Source: an uncultured Nitrososphaeraceae archaeon
GTDB taxonomy: Archaea > Thermoproteota > Nitrososphaeria > Nitrososphaerales > Nitrososphaeraceae
Assembly: GCA_963837175.1 (NCBI GenBank)
Contig: CAWIMJ010000012.1
Location: 96,001-160,000, forward strand
Length of the DNA stretch: 64,000 nt
Reading direction: 5' to 3'
Part shown: piece by piece, positions 45,553 to 54,174 of the stretch
Position numbering within the stretch: position 1 is the stretch's first letter
Layout: every line of letters begins with the position of its first letter
Program-made: the position numbers and the translations under genes
Notes under the pieces: model-generated
Database searches by the model: none
What the model saw: only the letters and a program-made list of their open reading frames with translations
What the model was told of the DNA's origin: nothing

Positions 45553-46746
45553 TCAAAAATTCTTTTCGAATAATACATTTAACTCATCCCCCTGTAATTT
45601 TGCTTTTGCAAGCTTCATACCTATAGTAGCAGTAGGTAATGGAATAATGTTAACAATATAGCCAACAGGATTTTTGACCTTTATAGTAAGTTGATCTCCA
45701 TGACGTTCTATATCAAAATCATCTTTCTCTGTAAATGGAACCTTGACTGTCATTCGTAATTTAGAATCCTCTGTTATAAATGAAAATGCCTTTCCATGAT
45801 AGAAGACCTGTGCGGGATCTTGATGTTCAAATATCAAGTCTCCATTTTTTTGTAGCATTTCGACTCCACGTAATTCATCGGCATGAAGTTTGATTTCCTT
45901 TATTGGAAGTGGATAGAAGTTTGCCTTTGCATCTTCAACCTTTGTTTTTTGAACAGCTGCCCAATTTGCATAATAATCATCAGGACTGCCTGGTGGTATG
46001 ATTTTATTTATTATAGCAAGGTCAACATTTATTCCATAAAGACTTGCAGACATAAATGCTCTTTTAGCATTCTCTATACTAAAGGTATCAGGATTTGCGA
46101 CTAACCTAATGCTTGTTATATTCTGGTTCCTAATAATATCTGACAGCACTTCCAGTCTATCCATTAGATCTATTTCATTTTGCAGAACATTTTGTGAAGG
46201 TACCGATATCTTTGATAGCGGCTGAAACATCCTGGCAACTCCACTAAACATTCCAAATAATCCAGTAAATTTTTTTCCAATACTTCCAACTAGCTTTGGA
46301 AAGTATAGGTATCGCAGTGCTTCTCCAGAGGCTGGCATATCAAGAACTACAGTATCAAATGTTTTCTCTCGTACAACTTCCTCAATTTTCAACAATGAAA
46401 ATAGCTGAGTCATTCCAGGCAACATAGCAATTTCATAAGCAAGTGTTTCATCAATACCTTTCGCAGAAAATATTGATGCTAAATAAGAGAGAATTGTATC
46501 GAATTGTTTGTTCATCTCAGTTACAGGATCCACCTGCAATGCATACATATTAGGAATCACCTCTTTTGATTCATATCCAATATCAGGCATCATAAATGCA
46601 TCGCTTAAAGTATGAGCAGGATCAGAGGAGATCAGCAAAGTCTTGTAATTTCTTTCAGCAAGTTTGATGGCAGTAGAACATGAAGTTACAGTTTTTCCAG
46701 TTCCCCCCTTACCAGTGTAAATTATTAGTCTCAATAAAGAAACCAT
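45553..46746 (-). CDS. ArsA/GET3-family ATPase with C-terminal alpha-crystallin-like domain
   Basis: GKGGTGKT, SSDPAHTLSD, VLDMPASG, IINK; tail VKVPFTEKDDFDIERHGDQLTIKV. Confidence 0.88.
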   Translation of the reverse strand: MVSLLRLIIYTGKGGTGKTVTSCSTAIKLAERNYKTLLISSDPAHTLSDAFMMPDIGYESKEVIPNMYALQVDPVTEMNKQFDTILSYLASIFSAKGIDETLAYEIAMLPGMTQLFSLLKIEEVVREKTFDTVVLDMPASGEALRYLYFPKLVGSIGKKFTGLFGMFSGVARMFQPLSKISVPSQNVLQNEIDLMDRLEVLSDIIRNQNITSIRLVANPDTFSIENAKRAFMSASLYGINVDLAIINKIIPPGSPDDYYANWAAVQKTKVEDAKANFYPLPIKEIKLHADELRGVEMLQKNGDLIFEHQDPAQVFYHGKAFSFITEDSKLRMTVKVPFTEKDDFDIERHGDQLTIKVKNPVGYIVNIIPLPTATIGMKLAKAKLQGDELNVLFEKNF

Positions 46747-46797
46747 TATTAGTAAAGTAATAAAAAAGTTTAGTAAGTCTAAATAAAAGAATGAAAT

Positions 46798-48024
46798 TTA
46801 GTCTACATATGCTCTTTCGGCATGTTGTGTGATGTCTAAACCAATATCTTCCTCTTCCTCTTTGACCTTCAATCCCATAGTTGCATTGATGATTTTCATA
46901 ATTACTATTGTTCCAACAAATCCTAATACTGCGGCTACTGCAACGCCGATAGCCTGAATTCCTAGTTGCATAGGATTCCCATATAGAAAACCCTCTGGAC
47001 CTGCAGGGTTTATCACAGTGCTGGCAATCACACCAATCGCCAAGGATCCAATTATGCCTGTAACACCGTGGACAGAACTGACATCTAATGCATCATCAAT
47101 TTTCAAATGCTCCTTTAAGAATATGATTGCGTAATATGATGCAAAACCCAGTATAATACCCAAAAAGAAAGAGTTCTGTGCGCTTATAAAACCTGATGCT
47201 GGTGTTACACCTGCTAATCCGGCTACAGCACCATTGATGGCTGCAGTTGTAGATGGCCTGCCTGCTCTTTTCCAGGAGAGAAGTATCCATATCACTGCAG
47301 ATGTTGCAGAAGCTATATGTGTCACAAGGAGTGTATTGGCAGCTAATGATCCCGATGCCAAAGCGCTTCCTGCATTGAATCCAAACCAGCCGATCCATAG
47401 CAATGTAGCACCAATAACGGCAAGTGGAATATTGTGAGGAACCATAATATCGGGTCCAAAATTCTTTCTCCTGCCTAATACAAGTGCCGCAGCAAGAGAA
47501 GCCATTCCTGCGCTAGTATGAATCACTATTCCGCCAGCAAAATCAAAAACTCCTAGATCCGCAAGCCAGCCTCTGCCCCAGATCCAATGGGCCAATGGAT
47601 AATAAATCAATATAGTCCACGCAATAATGAATACAAAAAATGAACTCCACTTCAATCTTTCAGCAAATGCGCCAGTAATAAGAAGTGGAGTAATAACTGC
47701 AAACATCATCTGATAGGATCCAAAAGTAACTCCCGGAATAGTTGGTGCATAGTCTACTGAATCATTAATTGGCACACCATTAAAAAATATCCAATCTAGC
47801 CCACCAATAAAACCTCCTTGCGAAGGAGCAAAAACAAGTGTAAAACCCATGATGAACCAAAGAACGGAAAGAATTGCAAGACCTGAGAAGGTTTGCATTA
47901 AAATAGAAAGAGAGTTTTTACTTCTTATTAGACCTGCTTCAAAAAAACCCAGAGCAGGAGTCATGAGCATGACAAGACCTGTTGAAATAAGCATCCATGT
48001 AGTATCTCCAGTATCTATTGGCAT
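46798..48024 (-). CDS. amt: Ammonium transporter (Amt family)
   Basis: QMMFAVITP, GAFAER, HWIWG, DFAGGIVIH, GWFGFNAGS, DDALDVSSVHG. Confidence 0.96.
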   Translation of the reverse strand: MPIDTGDTTWMLISTGLVMLMTPALGFFEAGLIRSKNSLSILMQTFSGLAILSVLWFIMGFTLVFAPSQGGFIGGLDWIFFNGVPINDSVDYAPTIPGVTFGSYQMMFAVITPLLITGAFAERLKWSSFFVFIIAWTILIYYPLAHWIWGRGWLADLGVFDFAGGIVIHTSAGMASLAAALVLGRRKNFGPDIMVPHNIPLAVIGATLLWIGWFGFNAGSALASGSLAANTLLVTHIASATSAVIWILLSWKRAGRPSTTAAINGAVAGLAGVTPASGFISAQNSFFLGIILGFASYYAIIFLKEHLKIDDALDVSSVHGVTGIIGSLAIGVIASTVINPAGPEGFLYGNPMQLGIQAIGVAVAAVLGFVGTIVIMKIINATMGLKVKEEEEDIGLDITQHAERAYVD

Positions 48025-48216
48025 CCGTTCATCTATACAAAAATCTAACGTTATAAAAAAGTTTGGAGCTTATTATTGAAATATTTCATATAAAATTATC
48101 AAAGCGTAAATTCTTTAAGTGCTTTATTAAAATTGTCTACAATGCGTTCTATATCCAGGCGTTTCTTATAACGCAGTTAACGTATAATAGTAGGTAACCA
48201 GGTGATAATAGAATGA

Positions 48217-48348
48217 GCAGATGTGGCAGAGTGGTCTTCTTGGTGAAAGCAAAGAACATAATAATGCGTCGGCCTTGAGTCTCAATGGTTGAAAGCAAGC
48301 CGATTCGCCCTCGGGCGATCAGGAGTTCAAATCTCCTCATCTGCGCCA
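48217..48348 (+). tRNA. tRNA-Ser(TGA) with two introns (D-loop about 48236-48262; canonical 37/38 at 48280-48297), CCA encoded
   Basis: Acceptor GCAGATG/CATCTGC, anticodon stem TCGGC/GCCGA with TGA at 48276-48278, long variable arm TCGCC/GGCGA, T-arm AGGAG-TTCAAAT-CTCCT, G73; 87 nt after splicing. Confidence 0.9.
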
Positions 48349-48364
48349 TCTTTTCTTTTTATAT

Positions 48365-49468
48365 CTAAGATACTTTTCTAGCAGATTCCCTATGCTGTCT
48401 ATCCTCTATTTTTTGACTATGTTCAGATTTTATTCTTCTATCTAGTCTAGATATTAATTCCTTACAGGCACTTAATGGATCATAACCAATAGCCTTTGCA
48501 GCAACTACACCTTCAGTAGTGATTATCCTGGCTCTAACAGAATATTTATGTGTTTTATGCTTGTCGGCATATACTATCACAAGTAGGACGTTCTCGAGTT
48601 TTCCCTGAATTTTCTTTAAGAATCTTGTCATTTGTTCTTCTATTTCTTTGCGTGCTTCATCATTATCCAGATGAGCGATATGAATTGCAGGTTTGGTTAT
48701 TTTTGGAAGCGTCAGTTCTAGTGCATCTTTGGGAGTAACAATCCCAATTGGCCTTCTGTCCCCAACGATGACAATCTCCTCTACCTCTTCAAAATTATCT
48801 CTTACGTTGTTTAGACTTGTTCCCCTCTCGACTGATACTGTTCTTCTTCTCATAATGTCTTTAAGTTTGACTTCTCTAATGACAGCCATGGTTCCAATCC
48901 CTGGTGATTTTCCAGCTCTTTCTCTAGGTGTAGCAATAATTTTAGTGATATCTAAAGCATTTATAGTACCTGTTAGAATACCTCTTGAATTAATGACTGG
49001 AAGTCGCGAAATGTTATATCTACGCATTTTTGATAGCGCATTGCCTAATGTATCATCCTCCTCGATTACTATAGCTCCAGACATAACTTCATCTACTCTA
49101 GCATGACCAAAATCTGAAGTAAGTACTACATCAGTTTCGCTCACGATACTAATCAGTTTTCCGTTTTCAACAACAGGTAACGCACGATTTCCAGTTGCTA
49201 CAATTAATTGAGCGCATTTCTCAATATTATCGTCTGAACTCAGAACAGGCGTATTGACAACAAAACTCTTTAATTTTGAGGTAGGTGGAGCATTTACGTC
49301 AAGAAATTGCTTGGCATATATCATGCCTATATATTTAGCGTCAACATCATCATTTATTATTGGTATTTGATTAATATTGTTTTCATACATCAGATGCAAT
49401 GCTTTTGCAACTGAATCTTCTAAAGTCAGCATGAAAACTTTATCTACACTAATCTCAGAAACTTTCAT
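48365..49468 (-). CDS. Four-CBS-domain protein with C-terminal HPF/RaiA-like domain, candidate ribosome hibernation factor (start placed at ATG 49468)
   Basis: CBS motifs INQIPII, NRALPVV, ISRLPVI, RPIGIVTPKD; last ~100 aa fit a beta-alpha-beta-beta-beta-alpha fold ending GYDPLSACKELISRLDRRIK. Confidence 0.8.
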   Translation of the reverse strand: MKVSEISVDKVFMLTLEDSVAKALHLMYENNINQIPIINDDVDAKYIGMIYAKQFLDVNAPPTSKLKSFVVNTPVLSSDDNIEKCAQLIVATGNRALPVVENGKLISIVSETDVVLTSDFGHARVDEVMSGAIVIEEDDTLGNALSKMRRYNISRLPVINSRGILTGTINALDITKIIATPRERAGKSPGIGTMAVIREVKLKDIMRRRTVSVERGTSLNNVRDNFEEVEEIVIVGDRRPIGIVTPKDALELTLPKITKPAIHIAHLDNDEARKEIEEQMTRFLKKIQGKLENVLLVIVYADKHKTHKYSVRARIITTEGVVAAKAIGYDPLSACKELISRLDRRIKSEHSQKIEDRQHRESARKVS

Positions 49469-49529
49469 TATGGATCTCTTGATCCTAGGGATTAGATTAA
49501 AAAACCTTACCATCTCTAACTAGCAATAT

Positions 49530-50651
49530 ATGAATGTACTCTTCATCATTATTGCCGCATTTGTAGTAATTGCTGTTAGTGCTGTGACAATTTTTGTAAC
49601 GCCATTTGATACTACTATTCCATTACCTTCGCCACCCGAGACTTTCAAGAATAATAAAAACGACACGAACAGCGGAGTACTTTTAGTAGCGCAGAATCTT
49701 GAAGTTCCTTGGGCAATTGACATTGCAAAAGATGGCAGAATTTTTTTTACTGAAAGAATAGGTAGAATAAGAATAATTGACGCCGAAGGTAAACTTATCG
49801 ATGAGCCTGCTGCAAATATTCGAGTTGAACAAACGGCCGAGGGTGGATTATTGGGTCTAGCATTGCATCCAAATTTTACCGAAAATCATCTTTTATATGT
49901 ATACTATACATACGCCAATAAAAGCAAGCTCTACAATAAAGTTCTAATGCTCACAGAAAAGAAAAATAAAATAATTGAATCAAAAGTGGTTATTGATTCA
50001 ATTCCAGGAGCGCAAGTTCATGATGGTGGAAGAATAAAGTTTGCCCCCGATGGGAAATTATACATATCAACTGGTGATGCAACTATTCCAGAGCTTGCAC
50101 AAAATACTAAATCGCTCGCAGGCAAGATTTTGCGACTTAATTCAGATGGAACCATTCCTGATGATAATCCTTTTCAGGGGTCACCGGTGTATTCTTATGG
50201 TCATAGAAATGTTCAAGGAATGGCATGGCATTCTAAAACAAAACAGCTCTATGCTACAGAACATGGTCCTTCTGGCAACGATGAAATCAATATCATAAAA
50301 GCGGGCTCGAATTATGGATGGCCAATAGAAGAATGCAAAGGCTCAGGCCAATTTGAGGCACCAGAGTTTTGTTTTAATCCTGCTATTGCTCCAACAGGAG
50401 TCACAATTCCTGCTAATGATAAGCTTGGATACCAAAATGATCTCATTTTCACTACCTTAAAGGGTTCACATTTACGAGATATAGATTTGAAATCTAGAAC
50501 TCAAAGTAACATACTCGTTGGTTATGGTAGATTACGAGATGTTATTGAGGCACATGATGGCTCATTGTTAGTTCTTACTAGCAATAAAGATGGGAGGGGT
50601 ACCACTCAGACAAATGATGATAAGATCTTAAGAATTCTCAAGCCTGATTAA
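49530..50651 (+). CDS. Membrane-anchored PQQ-dependent sugar dehydrogenase (glucose/sorbosone dehydrogenase family)
   Basis: N-terminal TM helix, LEVPWAI, EGGLLGLALHPNF, HDGGRIKF, SYGHRNVQG, NYGWP, GRLRDV. Confidence 0.92.
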   Translation: MNVLFIIIAAFVVIAVSAVTIFVTPFDTTIPLPSPPETFKNNKNDTNSGVLLVAQNLEVPWAIDIAKDGRIFFTERIGRIRIIDAEGKLIDEPAANIRVEQTAEGGLLGLALHPNFTENHLLYVYYTYANKSKLYNKVLMLTEKKNKIIESKVVIDSIPGAQVHDGGRIKFAPDGKLYISTGDATIPELAQNTKSLAGKILRLNSDGTIPDDNPFQGSPVYSYGHRNVQGMAWHSKTKQLYATEHGPSGNDEINIIKAGSNYGWPIEECKGSGQFEAPEFCFNPAIAPTGVTIPANDKLGYQNDLIFTTLKGSHLRDIDLKSRTQSNILVGYGRLRDVIEAHDGSLLVLTSNKDGRGTTQTNDDKILRILKPD

Positions 50652-50955
50652 TTGATATAGTTAATGAAGCAAAAATGAAATTTTTCCTTATAGTAATAAT
50701 AAACGGTACTGATTTACTAATTTGAATTTCTTTTATAATTTAACCGAATTTGTCTTGGAAGGAAGGGAAACAAGTCCTATGAAGCAAGAGAAAAAAGGCA
50801 AGCATCAATAGGATGTGATTAAAAGTCTTACATGTATAGATGACACGGGTAGCAAATATGAACAAGATGCCGCAAGAAAAAACAAATAACCAAAGAATAC
50901 CTTTTAATATTTACTCTTTCTTCTTTCTTCTATTATTTTTTTCACAATAGATCAG

Positions 50956-51376
50956 TACATTTTTAACTTTGTAATTGAAATAACTATTGGTTTTAAAGTT
51001 AGGCAAAAGAAAAGTACTCAATGAAAGCAGCACTAAAGGAAATGGTCATACCACAGAAAGGAGAAATGCTTGGTCGTGTTATCAAACTTGTTGGAGGTGA
51101 TAACATCATTGTCAAGTGTACTGATGGTAAGGTAAGGACGTGTCGTATTCGTGGAAAGATTAAGCGCAGAATGTGGATCAGAGATAATGATCTGGTACTT
51201 GTTGCCCCTTGGGATTTCCAGTCTGACAAAGCTGATATTGTATGGAGATACATCTCCGCTCATGCAGATAAACTAGAACAGGAAGGTCACCTCGTAGGGC
51301 TTCAGAAATAATAAAAATTCATGGCAAATGAATATTTATCTATTATGATAAAAATAGGAATAAGCATAATACTTGA
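50956..51376. repeat. Copy 2 of the inverted aIF-1A cassette duplication
   Basis: Matches the reverse complement of 7554..7973 with one extra A at 51024-51026. Confidence 0.95.
50987..51311 (+). CDS. eif1a: Translation initiation factor aIF-1A (copy 2; +1 base after codon 12 relative to copy 1)
   Basis: Same TTG start and sequence as copy 1; AATGAAAGCA versus AATGAAGCA. Confidence 0.85.
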
Positions 51377-51439
51377 TTATTGCTGATGCTACTAATGCAG
51401 CCATTAAAGATTAATACTTCATGATCTGATATTCACTAT

Positions 51440-51682
51440 GTGCCCACAGCATATGCATTAATTAATTGTGATCTTGGTTCTGAGCAAGAAATTATCAGTG
51501 AATTGAGGAAAATACCTGAGGTGACAGAGGTTAATGAAGTATATGGCGTCTATGACATAATTGCAAAAGTTAAATCAGATACAATAGATAAATTAAGAGA
51601 AATTATTACTTGGCATATAAGGAGAATTGATAAAATTAAAGCATCATTGACCATGATTGTAATTGAAGATCAGCAGAGTTAG
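51440..51682 (+). CDS. Stand-alone Lrp/AsnC ligand-binding (RAM) domain protein
   Basis: AYALIN...VYGVYDIIAKV...IRRIDKI...TMIV; no HTH domain. Confidence 0.9.
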   Translation: MPTAYALINCDLGSEQEIISELRKIPEVTEVNEVYGVYDIIAKVKSDTIDKLREIITWHIRRIDKIKASLTMIVIEDQQS

Positions 51683-52189
51683 ACATGTGCAGAAAGGATT
51701 TGGCAAGAGCCGGATAGTATTCAAAGAATCTAATCGGTGTCTTTATAATCTTTTTAGGCCATTTTGTAAAACTAAGACCCTTTTTATCTACTTGGTTGAT
51801 AATTCAGATGTGGATTAACAACAGAAACTTGTCTTTTTTACCTTGTCGTTAATGACTTTTTAGCAAACCCTAACTAATATGTAACCTATCTATTTGTTTT
51901 GAAAGAGCTAATTTGTCTTTAAACTAGATTGACACTAAGGGCATGACACCGAACTAATTTTATATTTCTAGTCATAAGTACTTAATTAAAAGCGTCATGT
52001 GTAATTTCACATATTAAAAAGATAATCGAATAATTTTTTGGCTCACAGATATCTATCAGCTTCAGTAGTACCGTATTAATAATAGATTTAAGTATATTAT
52101 GAGGTGCATTGGTTTTATGATCTAATGTGGTTATAAAAATTTAACATTTGATTACAATTACTATTTAATATCAAAATATCAGCATTGCA

Positions 52190-52567
52190 TCATTTTATTA
52201 ACCCTTTATAAGAGTTAATCAAAATCGGATCTACCACACCTTGAACTACAAAGGATTTTCCTGTAGATAGTTTTATATCCATTGCAACAGCACTATAAGG
52301 AATATCAAAAAGTCCAATTTTTTCTTGCTCAGTTGTTTCATAACATTTTCTACACATTCCGCTATCACAAGAGAATCCATAGATTCTGTTAATTATTCTG
52401 CTTCCAGATCCAGCTGCTCTTCCTCCGGCGGATCCGGATGATTCTTCGACCATCAAAATGAAAACCTCATTTCTGGCGTTAAGTCCAAGATCAATATCAT
52501 ATTGAGCTACTACAAGTTTCCTTTGAGGTAACTGCAATATCTCATCAATAGACTCTTCTTTTAACAT
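52190..52567 (-). CDS. Hypothetical protein
   Basis: 125-aa ORF with EESSGSAGGRAAGSGSR loop; no function recognised. Confidence 0.7.
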   Translation of the reverse strand: MLKEESIDEILQLPQRKLVVAQYDIDLGLNARNEVFILMVEESSGSAGGRAAGSGSRIINRIYGFSCDSGMCRKCYETTEQEKIGLFDIPYSAVAMDIKLSTGKSFVVQGVVDPILINSYKGLIK

Positions 52568-52960
52568 AAATTATCTATCCTTATAATTTTTGTTTGTATA
52601 GATATTATGGATTACGATGCTACTTTAATAATTATCATCATCGGCGAAATATAGATTCTTATATTAAAATATCTCCAAGGACGTTTCTTTGACGGGATCA
52701 TCAAACCGAATAAAAATTTCTATAAATTCTAAATTATCTCGTCTGTATGAAAGCTATGCACGTAATGCCATTTCTATTGATGATTTGACTTGCCAAGATG
52801 GAGAGAGTATTATGCAGGTTATTTAGAAATTATATAATAGTAATTATCGCAACACGATCCATCATATGCAAAAATCGATTTAATTGTCTATAAATAATCA
52901 ACTAGATATTAAATTATTATTAGCCATTTAAAAAAACCATACAATTTTTAATATGGTATA

Positions 52961-53527
52961 ATGCTCAAAGATTATAGTATGGTAAAGACATATTCAAGTC
53001 AAACTCTAAAAACTGGTGAGACTGCACCAGATTTTAAACTGAGAGATGTTGAAGACAAAGCCTATTCTCTTCATGATTTTACAAGTAAATCATTGCTTGT
53101 AGTATTCATATGCAACCATTGTCCTTATGTCAAGGCAAGAATTGGAGATATTATAGATTTGCAATCTAAGTTCAAAACTTCTGAATTACAAGTAGTAGGT
53201 ATTAACAGCAACGATCCTGATTATGTAGAAGAAGGTTTTGATAATATGATAAAATTTGCAAAGCAACAGAGATTAAATTTTCCATATTTGATTGACGATA
53301 CTCAAGATATCGCTAAATCATATGGAGCCGTTTGTACACCGGATCCATTTCTATTTGATGATCAACGGAGACTGGTTTTCCATGGCAGAATTAACGATGC
53401 AGTTGAGCCTGAAATGACACCGAAAATTCAAGTCATGGAAAATAATATACGGAAAATTCTGAAAGGGGAAAAAATAGAAAAGGATTTCGATCCATCTATT
53501 GGATGTTCAATCAAATGGAAAAGTTAG
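52961..53527 (+). CDS. AhpC/TSA-like thioredoxin-fold protein
   Basis: GETAPDF, FICNHCPYV, INSND, YGAVCTPD, SIGCSIKW. Confidence 0.9.
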   Translation: MLKDYSMVKTYSSQTLKTGETAPDFKLRDVEDKAYSLHDFTSKSLLVVFICNHCPYVKARIGDIIDLQSKFKTSELQVVGINSNDPDYVEEGFDNMIKFAKQQRLNFPYLIDDTQDIAKSYGAVCTPDPFLFDDQRRLVFHGRINDAVEPEMTPKIQVMENNIRKILKGEKIEKDFDPSIGCSIKWKS

Positions 53528-54174
53528 TTTTTATAATATTAGTAATTTACTATTCTTCAACATATCAAATAGTATCTTTACAGCAGTAATGACATAGATA
53601 TGACACGTGAGATCCTACATTTTCTTCTTTTTTTCGAAAAGTTAAGTTAATTTAATTTAAAAGCTCTTCTTCTTCATGTATTATCTTCATTGAAATATCT
53701 GAAACATTACCAGCAAGTCAACATCTGCATTAGAAGGGACTCTTAACTATAAAATAAATATTATCAGCATTCAAAATAAATAGTCAAATTCAATACCAAT
53801 TCTCCATTAATATCAGTCCTATCACTTCTCTACATTACTAACAGTATAGTAGCAAATGCTAATTGGACAAGAATCAGCAATAGAAGAGCAAAAGCAGTAG
53901 TAATAGTGCCAGCAAGCAGTGAGAACATCTTAATCCACAGTAAAAAGAACTTCATTAGTTTGTGAATAATTACTCATTATGTTATTCCAAAAAAAGCGTA
54001 GATGTGTTTCCGCCTGTTATAATTTGACATCTCGTTATTCATCTTTTAGCTTATTCAATTTTATAAATATCAAAGTCTGCTGATCGACAAAGACTTGGAT
54101 AAATTAATCAGATAATTAATTATCATATCGATAAACTATTGATATACATATGTATATAGTTATAAAACACTTAC

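Noticed and set aside
48217-48348. tRNA-Leu(CAA) or tRNA-Sec reading using CAA/TCA triplets
   Set aside because: Those triplets lie inside the canonical intron; loop geometry gives TGA, and G73 with a standard 7-bp acceptor stem fits Ser
48149-48349. 66-aa minus-strand ORF
   Set aside because: Antisense shadow of the tRNA gene
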